NCBI GenBank assembly: GCA_038882955.1
Contig: JAVZNC010000005.1
Location: 1 to 64,000 of the forward strand
Origin: Candidatus Bathyarchaeia archaeon
GTDB taxonomy: Archaea > Thermoproteota > Bathyarchaeia > Bathyarchaeales > Bathycorpusculaceae
Direction: 5' to 3'
DNA: 64,000 nt
Shown: piece after piece, positions 49,424-59,840 of the stretch
Position numbering within the stretch: position 1 is the stretch's first letter
How the letters are laid out: every line of letters begins with the position of its first letter
Made by a program: the position numbers and the translations under genes
Notes under the pieces: generated by a model
Database searches by the model: none
The model's input: only the letters and a program-made list of their open reading frames with translations
What the model was told of the DNA's origin: nothing

Positions 49424-50545
49424 ATGAAGCTGGGCTTCATCGTTAACCCGATTGCGGGCATGGGTGGCAGAGTTGGACTTAAAGGGACAGACGGCGTTTT
49501 AAAAGAGGCTATCGCGAGAGGCGCTAAACCAGTAGCTCCAGAAAGGGCAGCAGAGTTTCTGAAAAAACTAAAAGAAAGCCGTGGAAACCTAGAAATTGAA
49601 ATTTTAACGTGTCCAGAAGTCATGGGCGAAGAAGAAGCGAGAAGCGCCAACATCAGCGTTAAACTTTTGCCGATGAAACTGGGAATCGAAACAAGCGCTG
49701 AAGACACGAAGATTGCGATCAAGATGCTTGTCGAAGCTAATGTTGACCTAATCGTTTTTGTTGGCGGAGACGGAACAGCCAAAGACATTTTTGACGCTAT
49801 GAAAGGTTGCAGCGCGGCTGTTCCAGTTTTAGGCGTTCCATCAGGCGTGAAAATGTACAGCGGAATCTTCGCGGTTAACCCCGCTGACGCCGTCGATGTG
49901 GTTTTGGCTTTTGCTGAAAACCAAGCTGAAATTGCGGACTTCGAAATTATGGATGCTGACGAGAAGGCTATTCGCAGTGACACGTTCGCTGTGAAGCTTC
50001 ACGGTTTCTTGAAAGGTCCATTTCTTCCAATGCGAATCCAAGGAAGCAAGCAGGTCAGCCCAGAAACTGTTGATGAAAAGGAGAATCAAACAGCAATAGC
50101 AAAATCCATAATTGAAGATATGCATCCAGACGCTACATACATACTTGGTCCGGGAACAACGGTCAAGCGTATAGCCGAACTTTTGGGCGTCGAAAAAACA
50201 GTTCTTGGCGTGGACATCTACAAAAATGGCAAAGTGATTCTTGATGTTGACGAAAGGCGAATATTGGAGGAAGTTAGGGATTGGCAAAAAGCATGGATTA
50301 TTCTCTCGCCAATTGGGCATCAAGGAATGCTTTTGGGAAGGGGCAACCAGCAGATAAGCCCAGAAATAGTCAAACGCGTAACAAAGCAGCGGATAATAGT
50401 TGCCGCGACAAAGAGCAAACTACAAAGCATAGAGGGAAACGTTTTGCGGGTTGACACTGGCGATGCTGAAGTGGACAAGATGCTCCGCGGATACATAAAA
50501 GTCATCACGGATTATAGGGAATGGCGCCTCATGCCAGTTCAATAA
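49424..50545 (+). CDS. ATP-NAD kinase / AcoX-like protein
   Basis: Motifs IVNPIAGMGG..GLKGTDG, GGDGT, GVKMYSG and GRGNQQ. Confidence 0.88.
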   Translation: MKLGFIVNPIAGMGGRVGLKGTDGVLKEAIARGAKPVAPERAAEFLKKLKESRGNLEIEILTCPEVMGEEEARSANISVKLLPMKLGIETSAEDTKIAIKMLVEANVDLIVFVGGDGTAKDIFDAMKGCSAAVPVLGVPSGVKMYSGIFAVNPADAVDVVLAFAENQAEIADFEIMDADEKAIRSDTFAVKLHGFLKGPFLPMRIQGSKQVSPETVDEKENQTAIAKSIIEDMHPDATYILGPGTTVKRIAELLGVEKTVLGVDIYKNGKVILDVDERRILEEVRDWQKAWIILSPIGHQGMLLGRGNQQISPEIVKRVTKQRIIVAATKSKLQSIEGNVLRVDTGDAEVDKMLRGYIKVITDYREWRLMPVQ

Positions 50546-50553
50546 ACGCGCTT

Positions 50554-51792
50554 TTAAGCGCCAAACTGCTTTGTCTTACCAAGCAAACCCATGAGAATGG
50601 GCATTAGGTCAACGCCTCTAATCCTATTAAGCCCGCCCCTAGCACAAGAACGCTCATCAAATTCTTCCACGTCATCGCTGCGCACATAAGGACCAGTGAT
50701 TGCCACTGGAACCGGGTCGCCCTCATGTTTTCCAGTTAAAATTGATGTTGTGTGGTCCGCAGTTACAGCCACATATGTTGAATCCATATCCGCCTTGTCA
50801 AGTATGAAGGCGAGCATCCCGTCGATTTCCTCGATAACCGCAATCTTCTGTTTGACGTTTCCGTCGTGGCTGGCAACATCCGTAGCCTTAACATGCACGA
50901 ACACAAAATCATAATGCTTTAACGCTTCAACGGCGGATTTCGCCTTAGCCATAAAATCCGTCTGAACCGTGCCAGTGGCGCCCTTAACGTCTATTATGTT
51001 CATTCCAGCGACTTTGCAAACACCCCTAATTAACGGTACAGCGGCTATGCACGCGGCTTTCACGCCGTAGATTTCCGAGAAAGCCTTAACTTTCGGGATT
51101 GTACCAGCGCCCCTACACAAAATCACATTTGCCTGCGGTAAACCGCGCTTAACCCGCGCCTTATTAACTGGATGATTCTTCAAAACTTCGTGAAACTTTG
51201 CCATAAGCTCGTTCAAAATTTCAGCCGTAAACCGCGCTTCTGCACTATCATCTAAAGGTTTTACTTCTCGAACTCTCTCTCCAACCTTTTCTGGGTCAGA
51301 ATCACTAACATTTGGGGAAAGCCCGCGCCCGCGAAGAACAAGCACTGCTCTATGCTGAACAGTGTTTTTGAAAAAGAACTTGACAGCGCGATTTTCAAGC
51401 CTAACATCCTGCAAACTTTCAGTCAGCAGCGCCGCGTCCTCGTTGGCTATTCTCCCAGCACGCCTATCCAAAACAACAAAATCCTCACCAACAGTTGCAA
51501 AATTACACCTAAAAGCAACATCTCCTGGCTCCACACTTATGCCAAAGCCAGCTGCTTCCAAGGCGCCCCTTCCAGAATAAACCTTGAACGGGTCATAACC
51601 AAGCAAAGCAAGCGTAGCCGTGTCGCTTCCAGGAGGGATACCAGGCGATATTGGGTCGATTATTCCGCAGACGCCGTTTTTTGCTATGTGGTTCAGCGTT
51701 GGCTTTTTTGCAACTTCCAGTGGCGTTTTCCAGCCTAGTTCTTTTATTGGTCTGTCTGCCATTCCGTCTCCGATGACAAGTATTGCCTTCAA
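50554..51792 (-). CDS. apgM: Archaeal 2,3-BPG-independent phosphoglycerate mutase
   Basis: Motifs DGMADRP, PGSD.ATL, GRGALEA, HVKATDVASHDG and TADHTT. Confidence 0.93.
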   Translation of the reverse strand: MKAILVIGDGMADRPIKELGWKTPLEVAKKPTLNHIAKNGVCGIIDPISPGIPPGSDTATLALLGYDPFKVYSGRGALEAAGFGISVEPGDVAFRCNFATVGEDFVVLDRRAGRIANEDAALLTESLQDVRLENRAVKFFFKNTVQHRAVLVLRGRGLSPNVSDSDPEKVGERVREVKPLDDSAEARFTAEILNELMAKFHEVLKNHPVNKARVKRGLPQANVILCRGAGTIPKVKAFSEIYGVKAACIAAVPLIRGVCKVAGMNIIDVKGATGTVQTDFMAKAKSAVEALKHYDFVFVHVKATDVASHDGNVKQKIAVIEEIDGMLAFILDKADMDSTYVAVTADHTTSILTGKHEGDPVPVAITGPYVRSDDVEEFDERSCARGGLNRIRGVDLMPILMGLLGKTKQFGA

Positions 51793-52011
51793 TGCTTCAC
51801 ACCCGCTTTAATAACGCGCAATTGAAGTAGGCGCGCATAGTTACATTACTTATGTAGGAAATGTTTAATAGTTTCCTTTGTTATTGTTTTGGAGAGTGGT
51901 TGCAATGGGCGATTGCGTTCCACGTTGCTGAATTCTGCCTTCACTTATTTGACATTAGAATTAGTTTTACACTAGAAATATATTCTTCAACAAACGAAAA
52001 CAAAGGGAGAG

Positions 52012-53460
52012 ATGAAAATGTCTGACATAGGCGTGACTGTGAAAAAGAATGAAGACTTTTCAGAGTGGTACACCCAGGTAGTCGTGAAGTCTGGACTTGC
52101 GGACTACGCTCCAGTAAAGGGCTGCATGATATTCCGCGAGCTTTCCTACGCCATATGGGAAAAAATCCAAGAAATCTTCAACGCAAAAATAAAAGCAACT
52201 GGACACAAGAACGTCTATTTTCCAATGTTTATACCCGAAAGCTTCCTAAAGAAAGAGGCGGAGCACTTCGAAGGCTTCGTTCCAGAAGTTGCATGGGTTA
52301 CAATAGGTGGAAGCACACCGCTTGAAGAGAGACTTGCCATAAGACCAACTTCTGAAACGATAATGTACGCCACATACGCGAAGTGGATTAGAAGCTGGCG
52401 AGAATTGCCATTAAAGCTTAACCAGTGGAACAGTGTTGTACGATGGGAAACGAAAGCAACAAAGCTTTTCCTACGCACAAGAGAATTCCTATGGCAAGAG
52501 GGACACACAGCCCACGCCACAAAAGAAGAGGCAGACTGCGAAGTCATGGAAATTCTCGGCATGTACAGAGACTTGATGGAAAACTACTTGGCTATTCCAG
52601 TTCTCGCTGGGAGAAAAACAGAAAACGAAAAGTTCGCTGGAGCCCTCTACACAACAACGCTAGAAGCAATAATGCCAGACGGAAAAGCACTGCAGATGGG
52701 AACATCCCACCAGCTAGGCCAAAACTTTGCAAAGGTCTTCGATATAAAGTTCATAGGCGAAGACGAGAAGGAGCATTATGTTTGGCAAACTTCTTGGGGG
52801 TTCTCAACGCGGATAATAGGCGCATTGGTCATGGTTCACGGCGACGATAAAGGATTAGTTCTGCCACCCAAAATAGCGCCAACACAAGTCGTCATAATTC
52901 CAATACCCTACAAGGAAGCTGATGAAAAGACTATAATGGAAAAGGCTAAGGAGACGCTTGAGAAACTGCGGGAGAGAGGCATATCCGCAATACTTGATGA
53001 TAGGAAAGAGTACACTCCAGGATGGAAGTTCAACGACTGGGAGCTTAAGGGAGCACCGCTGAGAATAGAGATTGGACCAAGAGACATAAAGCATGGACAG
53101 TTAACGCTCGCACGAAGAGACACATTCGAAAAGGTTGTGGTGAAAGAAGAGGATGTTGTTGTCGCAGTTGAAAGGCTGCTTGACGAAATCCAGAGAAACC
53201 TTTTCAACCGAGCCAAAAAACTCCTCGAAGAAAACATAACCACAGTTAAAACTTATGATGAATTCAAAAAAGTGCTGAAAGAAAAGGGCGGATTCTTAAG
53301 GGCTTGTTGGTGTGGCAGCTCAAGCTGCGAAGAAAAAGTCAAGGAGGAAACTGGGGCAACCATCAGAGTTGTGCCCTTCGAAAAGGAAGAAACATTCGCA
53401 AACTGTATATACTGCGGAGAAAAGGCAAAAGAGGTTGTTTACTTCGCAAAATCTTATTAG
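52012..53460 (+). CDS. proS: Prolyl-tRNA synthetase (archaeal/eukaryal type)
   Basis: Motifs FSEWY, RPTSET, FLRTREFLWQEGHT, QTSWG and a C-terminal FAKSY. Confidence 0.97.
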   Translation: MKMSDIGVTVKKNEDFSEWYTQVVVKSGLADYAPVKGCMIFRELSYAIWEKIQEIFNAKIKATGHKNVYFPMFIPESFLKKEAEHFEGFVPEVAWVTIGGSTPLEERLAIRPTSETIMYATYAKWIRSWRELPLKLNQWNSVVRWETKATKLFLRTREFLWQEGHTAHATKEEADCEVMEILGMYRDLMENYLAIPVLAGRKTENEKFAGALYTTTLEAIMPDGKALQMGTSHQLGQNFAKVFDIKFIGEDEKEHYVWQTSWGFSTRIIGALVMVHGDDKGLVLPPKIAPTQVVIIPIPYKEADEKTIMEKAKETLEKLRERGISAILDDRKEYTPGWKFNDWELKGAPLRIEIGPRDIKHGQLTLARRDTFEKVVVKEEDVVVAVERLLDEIQRNLFNRAKKLLEENITTVKTYDEFKKVLKEKGGFLRACWCGSSSCEEKVKEETGATIRVVPFEKEETFANCIYCGEKAKEVVYFAKSY

Positions 53461-53475
53461 ACAAGCACTGGCACG

Positions 53476-55308
53476 CTAATCATAGAGTTTCACGCGCTTC
53501 TGAAGCTGCTTTGCAACGTTTTCCAGTCCAAGCTTCTTCAAAGTTGTCTTTTTCGGTATTCCGCGTTCGTCCCATCCGCGCTTTTTATAATATCTCTGCA
53601 GCAGAATGTCATACCGTGTTCTGTCAAGTCTTCCGCCCTTCAATGGACCCTTTGTTATTGGTTCCTCAAACCATCTTGTTGGTGGAACATCGAATTCTTT
53701 GCTCCAGTTTTTTCCGTACTCGCGAATCCAGAAGGCGCGTATCAAATTGAAGATGCGGTCTGCAATCACGTTAAAGTTGTCCCAGCTTACTTCCCAGCCA
53801 GTAGCGGCATACATGAGCTTCGTATACCATTCAAGTTCGAAACCAAGCTCAATCCATGGAAGCCTACAAACAGTCAAAGATTCGAAGATTCCTCCACGGA
53901 TGCGCTGAAACTCTATAACCTTGTCAACTTTTTCTTCACCGTAGCTCTCGCGTCCAAACTTAACCTCCCAAGAGATAACCCACGCATCCTTGTGATGCGC
54001 GCCTATGGAGCTTGTTCCATAGGCTAAAGCCATAGCTGGCGCTGTGTGGCAGTCATAAGCTGAAATTTCCAATCCCTTAACGTGCATAGCCCAGCGCTGC
54101 GAATCGCCACCAAACTTTTCAGCTGCAAAGCGGACGCCCTCCGCCAACGTGTTGCCCAAGCCACGTCTGTAGGCTATATCCTCGATTAAGGCTTGTGTTT
54201 CCTTAAATTTGCCCCACTGGATTTTTTCTTGAATTAGCTTCTTTTCTGAAGCTTCCATCGCAAATCCTATGACGTTGCCAAGCGAAATTGTGTCCAATCC
54301 AAACTCGTCTGCAGCCCTGTTAAGTGCAGCTACTTGTTTTAGGTTGCCTATTCCTATGTTTGACCCCAACATGGCAACATTTTCATAGTCAAGTTCAGAC
54401 TCTCTGCGGGTTGAGTCTTTTACAACGTTTCCACACGTCATGTTACATTGTGGGCAACCCCTATTTGCAATTTTGATTTTCTCCATTGAAAACCCGCCTA
54501 TGGCTTCAGCCTTTTCGAAGACGCCTTCACTGTAATTATATGTTGGCAAGACGCTGTTTTCTTGGCTCCACTCGATGGTCATCATCGTTCCTTGACGCTT
54601 CCAAAAAGCATAGTTTGGCTTCGTCAGAACTTCACGGTAAGCTTCCGCGCCCAACTCCTTCATAACCTTCGGATAGGCAGCAGACAATTCGCCAGAACCA
54701 ACGAAAACAACAGCCTTCAACTTCTTTGAACCCATAACCGCGCCCATGCCCGGCCTGCCGCCAGCACGACCTCCCTCACAAACGACGTTTGCAAATTTTA
54801 CAAGGTTCTCGCCGCCTTGACCTATCGTCAAGATGCCAGCAGTCCGACCATAAAACTCCCGTAACTTCTTTTCGGTATCAAAGGAGTTTAAACCCCAAAT
54901 GTCCTTTGCATCCAGAAACTCAACGCTTCTATCTTGGACAAGCAGCACAATGGGCTTTTCAGCTCTACCCTCAACGATGACAGCATCGTAGCCCGCCTTA
55001 CGCATTTGAACAGCTGCTTGAGAACCAACGTTGCCATCACCATAACCATTGGTTAACGGACTTTTTGCAGCCACAACAAGCTTTCCGCTGCTGGGCAAGG
55101 CAAAACCAGTTAAAGGTCCAGCGGCAAAAACCAGTTTGTTCTGTGGCGATAACGGGTCTACTCCAGATTTGAGCTCATCCCACAAAATTTTAGCTGCAAA
55201 GCCTCTACCGCCAAGAAAACTTTTCGCAACATGCGCATCGTAAGGCTCTGCTACGGCTTTGCCCTTGCTCAAGTTCACGCGGAGAAAATTTCCAGTCCAC
55301 CCAAACAT
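53476..55308 (-). CDS. Tungsten oxidoreductase, FOR-like
   Basis: Motifs SGKLVVAAKSPLT..YGDGN, GRPGMGAVMGSKKLKA, CPQCNMTC and GAHHKDAW, resembling Thermococcales FOR. Confidence 0.9.
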   Translation of the reverse strand: MFGWTGNFLRVNLSKGKAVAEPYDAHVAKSFLGGRGFAAKILWDELKSGVDPLSPQNKLVFAAGPLTGFALPSSGKLVVAAKSPLTNGYGDGNVGSQAAVQMRKAGYDAVIVEGRAEKPIVLLVQDRSVEFLDAKDIWGLNSFDTEKKLREFYGRTAGILTIGQGGENLVKFANVVCEGGRAGGRPGMGAVMGSKKLKAVVFVGSGELSAAYPKVMKELGAEAYREVLTKPNYAFWKRQGTMMTIEWSQENSVLPTYNYSEGVFEKAEAIGGFSMEKIKIANRGCPQCNMTCGNVVKDSTRRESELDYENVAMLGSNIGIGNLKQVAALNRAADEFGLDTISLGNVIGFAMEASEKKLIQEKIQWGKFKETQALIEDIAYRRGLGNTLAEGVRFAAEKFGGDSQRWAMHVKGLEISAYDCHTAPAMALAYGTSSIGAHHKDAWVISWEVKFGRESYGEEKVDKVIEFQRIRGGIFESLTVCRLPWIELGFELEWYTKLMYAATGWEVSWDNFNVIADRIFNLIRAFWIREYGKNWSKEFDVPPTRWFEEPITKGPLKGGRLDRTRYDILLQRYYKKRGWDERGIPKKTTLKKLGLENVAKQLQKRVKLYD

Positions 55309-55396
55309 AGGTTAACCATCCTGAAACATTGCATATTTATATTGCGTGAAAAGTAAATAAGATTAATGATTCATCGCAACGGCAAAGCCTAGAAAG

Positions 55397-56683
55397 CTAA
55401 ATTATCAACTTTTCAGGTTCAACTTTTCTCTCTTTTAGGCTTAAGTCGCTAACCTTAAACTTTCTACCATTATACAATGTGGCGTATTCCTCGCCATTAT
55501 AAAGTGCGGCGGCAACGCGTCCTATAGCATCAGCCTTCATTATCCCGCTTCCGCTGGCGCCACCAACAACAATCAAATCATTCTCCTCAAAAACGATGGG
55601 CAGCCCGTCCAAAGTATTAATTTCATATAAACCAGCAAAAGCATTTGTTGGACGGCAATCCCTAAACTGAGGAAAATACTTCACCAAAACCTGGTATATC
55701 CCATACTGATAAAAGTTCTTTTCAGGTTGGGGTTCATCCTCCAATTTGAAGGCTCTTGGAAAATCATCGGCATAACCAAGCCAAAATACGCCCTCATTCG
55801 GGAAGGGGCGAATCAAAACTTTCGGTTCTGGCAAAATCGTAAATGGAATGCAACCCACAGAGTTAAACCCTTTTGTGAAAAGCAATTGTTTCAAGGCTGG
55901 ACTTTTCGCTGGTACCGTAAAAAGTTGCCTCTTTTTGGGTTTAATAAAACATTCGATTCCAACAGCGTCCAAAAGTTGCGGAATCCAAGCTCCAGCAGCC
56001 AAAACCGTCTTTTTCGCCTTAATAACGCCCCTGTTCGTGTTTACGCCAGCAATTCTGGCTTCTTGCCAAAAATACGGCTCTTGAGGAATACCCAATGGCT
56101 CACATGGCTCGACAATGAGGTTTTCCACGTTCACGCCATACTCAATTCTTCCGCCCAACTTCAAAAATTCATCCTCATAAAACTTGACAAGACAATCAGC
56201 GTCCATTGTGCCAGCCTTTGGAATGAAAATTCCCTTGTGAACATTTCCCAGACGCATCAAGCAAGCCTCATCATCGCCACTCAAATCTGTCCGCAAACAT
56301 AGCCTACGCGCCAAATCCTCAGCATCATGCTCCTCATACACGAAACCTTTGTCCGTCAACCCCTTCAAAACAGGAAAAACCTCACCATAACTCTTCTCGT
56401 CCAAAAGCCACAAGTAACCAGCCCACAAGAGCTTCAAATCAACTTTCAAATCTTCTTGCACGTGACGGTAAAACTCGACAGAGGAATCAGCAAGCACATA
56501 ATTAGTGTAGGAAGAAAACAAGCATCGAAAGGCGGAAGCGCTTTTGGCTGTGCTGCCCTGACCAGCAGCATTAAACTTGTCAACCACAAGAACACGCAGG
56601 CTAGGATTCGCAGTTTTTATGTGATAGGCGGTTGACAAACCAATAACGCCCGCACCAACGACGAGAACATCGCATTCCGCCAT
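55397..56683 (-). CDS. DAO-family FAD oxidoreductase (proline dehydrogenase/sarcosine oxidase beta-like)
   Basis: Motifs VVGAGVIG, VLAAGAW, FAGLYE and SGSGIMK. Confidence 0.85.
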   Translation of the reverse strand: MAECDVLVVGAGVIGLSTAYHIKTANPSLRVLVVDKFNAAGQGSTAKSASAFRCLFSSYTNYVLADSSVEFYRHVQEDLKVDLKLLWAGYLWLLDEKSYGEVFPVLKGLTDKGFVYEEHDAEDLARRLCLRTDLSGDDEACLMRLGNVHKGIFIPKAGTMDADCLVKFYEDEFLKLGGRIEYGVNVENLIVEPCEPLGIPQEPYFWQEARIAGVNTNRGVIKAKKTVLAAGAWIPQLLDAVGIECFIKPKKRQLFTVPAKSPALKQLLFTKGFNSVGCIPFTILPEPKVLIRPFPNEGVFWLGYADDFPRAFKLEDEPQPEKNFYQYGIYQVLVKYFPQFRDCRPTNAFAGLYEINTLDGLPIVFEENDLIVVGGASGSGIMKADAIGRVAAALYNGEEYATLYNGRKFKVSDLSLKERKVEPEKLII

Positions 56684-56845
56684 ACTTCCACCTCAAGCAG
56701 ACAGAAGTTAAAAGGACATAAGCATTACTATAAAACTTTGGCGTCTATCAGATGTCAAAGTGCACTTACATTTTCAAAGAGAATACTTATTTATCTCTAT
56801 GAAATATGAAATACAGCATCAACCACTTCCCACGAGGAAACAAAC

Positions 56846-58552
56846 ATGCGACTTAAAAACGATGTTAAGGCAATATCAACCATTATGGTAATAATTTTAA
56901 TGATTATATCTGCAATTTTCGGCGGTATAACAACCTACATGTTCGCGATATACCCATTCATAGCAGTGCCAGAAAAAACCACCATAACAATAACGGGCTT
57001 TTATTTTGACCCAGCAAATGCTTCAACATTCAAGATTAGCGTTTTAAACCCGTCCTATTCGCCGACAAACGCAACTATAACAGGAATAGCCCTAAGCGTA
57101 AAGGGAGAATCACAACTTTACGACGTTACCGAAACAAATCCGTCGATAGCCAATGGCATAGTAATCCAAAGTGGAGAAACATTGAACATAACATGCACAA
57201 AAGTTTACAAAGATTCCGGCAACATAAGTTGGGGGAGATTAGCCGGAGAACTCGCTGGAAAAACCATAATAGTTCATGTATTTTCATCAGATTCATCAGC
57301 TGCAAATATTGAGGCCACATTACCATTTGTTGAACTTGACATAGGCGCAAATTTTGACCCCGCTGTTTCGTTTAAAAACTTTAGCATAACTCTAACCAAT
57401 AACCCCAACTCAACAGTTAACCTAACGGTAAACAACATTTGGGGATTCCCATTTGATGTAACTTTTGAGTCACCGCTGCCGCAAATGATTCAAAATGGTG
57501 CATCAGTACAATTCAATTGCACTGGAAATTGGCATGGAATAATGAGTTTTAATCTAATTGTTAACACGGAAGAGGGATACAGTTTCATTAAAAACGTCAC
57601 AACTTCGCAAGTTTTTTGTTCAATTCAATCTGTAAACTTCAATGAGGACTATACTGATCATTTCAATGTTACAATATCCAACGATGAAAAATCGGCTAGT
57701 TATGCCAATATAAGTAGGATTGAATGCCTCCTTGAAAATGGTACGCTTATTAAAAGAAGCTTCACCGGAGAAAGCATATTGCCAAATTCTTCACAAACTC
57801 TCAAGTTTGATTGGAATTGGACCGCGTACAGAGAAAAGGAAATTAATGTGACGGTCTTTTTCACGCAAGACTTTGAAACAAGCACGGTTGTAACTACGCC
57901 CTCGCCAATAATAATTAAAGTTTTGAATGTTGAGAATACATTTAGGCTGCAAGATACGACTCACTTTAACATTACATTACAGAATCATCCATCTTCATTA
58001 GACGATGTAAATGTAACAAAAATCTTGGTCAACGAAACTGGAGAAATAATTAACGGAACTCTTGCCAGTCCAGAGTTGCCCTATCTGCTTCGTAAAGGAC
58101 AACAAGAATCCTTTTACTGTAATATCAGTGACTGGACGGCAAACTGGACCGAAAAAGTTGAGAGAAAACTAACGTTAACGGTTTATGCTGTAACAAGCAA
58201 TTCCAGTGAATATTTATTTAATTTTACGTTTACGCTCCCAGCAGCAGAATTGAAGATTATCAGCGTTGAACAATTGGAAATTTGTGGAACAAAATACTTG
58301 AATGTGACAATCCAGAATATGGATTATTCCGTTTGGAACCTAACAATTTCTAAATTGAAAATAATCATCGGGGACGATATGCAATCGCTGGAACAGATAT
58401 TTCCAAGCGACCAGACAATACTTACGAGAGGACAGAGTGCTACATTGTTCTGTTTGTTCGATTGGAGCAAATACTCAGGGAAAAATATAACCATAAAAGT
58501 TGTGACAACAGAGGGAATAGAAACGGCACCATATACGTATAACATTTACTAG
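56846..58552 (+). CDS. Surface glycoprotein with a class III (prepilin-like) signal peptide and five repeated beta-domains
   Basis: N-terminus MRLKNDVKA|ISTI followed by a hydrophobic helix, more than 20 N-x-S/T sequons, and a repeated F-x-I/V-T-x-x-N motif. Confidence 0.75.
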   Translation: MRLKNDVKAISTIMVIILMIISAIFGGITTYMFAIYPFIAVPEKTTITITGFYFDPANASTFKISVLNPSYSPTNATITGIALSVKGESQLYDVTETNPSIANGIVIQSGETLNITCTKVYKDSGNISWGRLAGELAGKTIIVHVFSSDSSAANIEATLPFVELDIGANFDPAVSFKNFSITLTNNPNSTVNLTVNNIWGFPFDVTFESPLPQMIQNGASVQFNCTGNWHGIMSFNLIVNTEEGYSFIKNVTTSQVFCSIQSVNFNEDYTDHFNVTISNDEKSASYANISRIECLLENGTLIKRSFTGESILPNSSQTLKFDWNWTAYREKEINVTVFFTQDFETSTVVTTPSPIIIKVLNVENTFRLQDTTHFNITLQNHPSSLDDVNVTKILVNETGEIINGTLASPELPYLLRKGQQESFYCNISDWTANWTEKVERKLTLTVYAVTSNSSEYLFNFTFTLPAAELKIISVEQLEICGTKYLNVTIQNMDYSVWNLTISKLKIIIGDDMQSLEQIFPSDQTILTRGQSATLFCLFDWSKYSGKNITIKVVTTEGIETAPYTYNIY

Positions 58553-58611
58553 ATTTTCCATAAGCTTTATTTCTTTTTCCTCGCAAAGCAATGATTCTCG
58601 GATGGGTAAAC

Positions 58612-59817
58612 TTGGCTAATATAAAAGTTACAGAACGTGTGCGCACCATAGAATATGCCATTCGTGACGTCATTGTTTATGCGCGGGAATTAGCAAAGAC
58701 TGGGAAAAAGATTTACTACTTAAACATTGGCGACCCAGTCGCGTTTGATTTTGATACACCTAAGCATATTAAACGGGCTTTGTTTGAGGCTGTTGAAAGC
58801 GGCGCGAATGCTTATTCGCCTTCTGAGGGTTTGCCTGAGCTTAGGCAAGCTATATGCGACAAGGAAAAGCGTGTTAACGGCGTTGATGTTTCCGCTGAGG
58901 ATGTTATTGTTACTTCTGGAATTTCTGAGGGTATTCAGATGGTTATGGCTGCACTTATCGATAGCGGGGATGAAATTCTTCTTCCAGGTCCCACTTATCC
59001 GCCATACATTTCTTATGCCAAGTTTTTCGGCGGTAAGCCCGTAACTTACGAGACCGTTGAGGACAATGGCTGGCAGCCTAACATTGAAGATTTGAGGCGC
59101 AAAATCTCAAAGAGGACTCGTGGAATAGTTGTTATAAATCCCAACAATCCATGTGGCGCACTTTATGAAGAGAAAACCATAAAGCAAATTTTGGATTTGG
59201 CTGGCGAGTTTGGACTCCCAGTATTGTCAGATGAAATCTATGACCAGTTAACTTTTGAAAAACGTTTTGTCAGCACTGCGCGCTTGGCTAATAGTATTCC
59301 AGTTGTTGGGCTTAATGGTTTTTCAAAGGCTTATCTTATGACTGGGTGGAGGCTCGGCTACATTTACTTTCACGATGAGAATGGCGAACTGGAAGAGCTA
59401 AAGCAGTGCATCGAAAAAGAAGCGAGAATAAGGCTATGCGCAAACACGCCCGTCCAGAAAGCTGGAGTAGCAGCGTTAAACGGACCGCAAGACCACATCA
59501 GAGAGCTTGTTGGTAAGCTTAGACAGAGAAGAGACTATGTGTTGAAAAGGTTAAGCCAGATAGAGGGCATGAGTTGCGCGAAGCCTGAAGGCGCCTTTTA
59601 CGTTTTCCCGAAGATTCATGGTGTGGGACAAAAGTGGAAAAGTGATGCAGAGTTTGTCCTTGAGCTTTTAAAGGAGACTGGCGTGCTTTTCGTGCATGGT
59701 TCTGGTTTTGACCCAGTTTACGGTGCTGATCACTTTAGAAGCGTTTTCCTTCCGCCGATTGACGTGCTTGAGCAAGCCTTTAACGAAGTTGAGCGTTTCA
59801 TGGAGAAGAATAAATAG
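58612..59817 (+). CDS. Alanine aminotransferase-like class I/II aminotransferase
   Basis: Motifs YAIRD, LNIGDP, INPNNP, SDEIYD and NGFSKAY..TGWRLG. Confidence 0.9.
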   Translation: MANIKVTERVRTIEYAIRDVIVYARELAKTGKKIYYLNIGDPVAFDFDTPKHIKRALFEAVESGANAYSPSEGLPELRQAICDKEKRVNGVDVSAEDVIVTSGISEGIQMVMAALIDSGDEILLPGPTYPPYISYAKFFGGKPVTYETVEDNGWQPNIEDLRRKISKRTRGIVVINPNNPCGALYEEKTIKQILDLAGEFGLPVLSDEIYDQLTFEKRFVSTARLANSIPVVGLNGFSKAYLMTGWRLGYIYFHDENGELEELKQCIEKEARIRLCANTPVQKAGVAALNGPQDHIRELVGKLRQRRDYVLKRLSQIEGMSCAKPEGAFYVFPKIHGVGQKWKSDAEFVLELLKETGVLFVHGSGFDPVYGADHFRSVFLPPIDVLEQAFNEVERFMEKNK

Positions 59818-59840
59818 GGAGAATAGGGCTAAGCGCTATA

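Noticed and set aside
49291-49983. 230-aa antisense ORF, representative of many shadow ORFs in the track
   Set aside because: It lies opposite a well-supported gene and has the Ser/Ala/Ile-rich composition typical of antisense frames.
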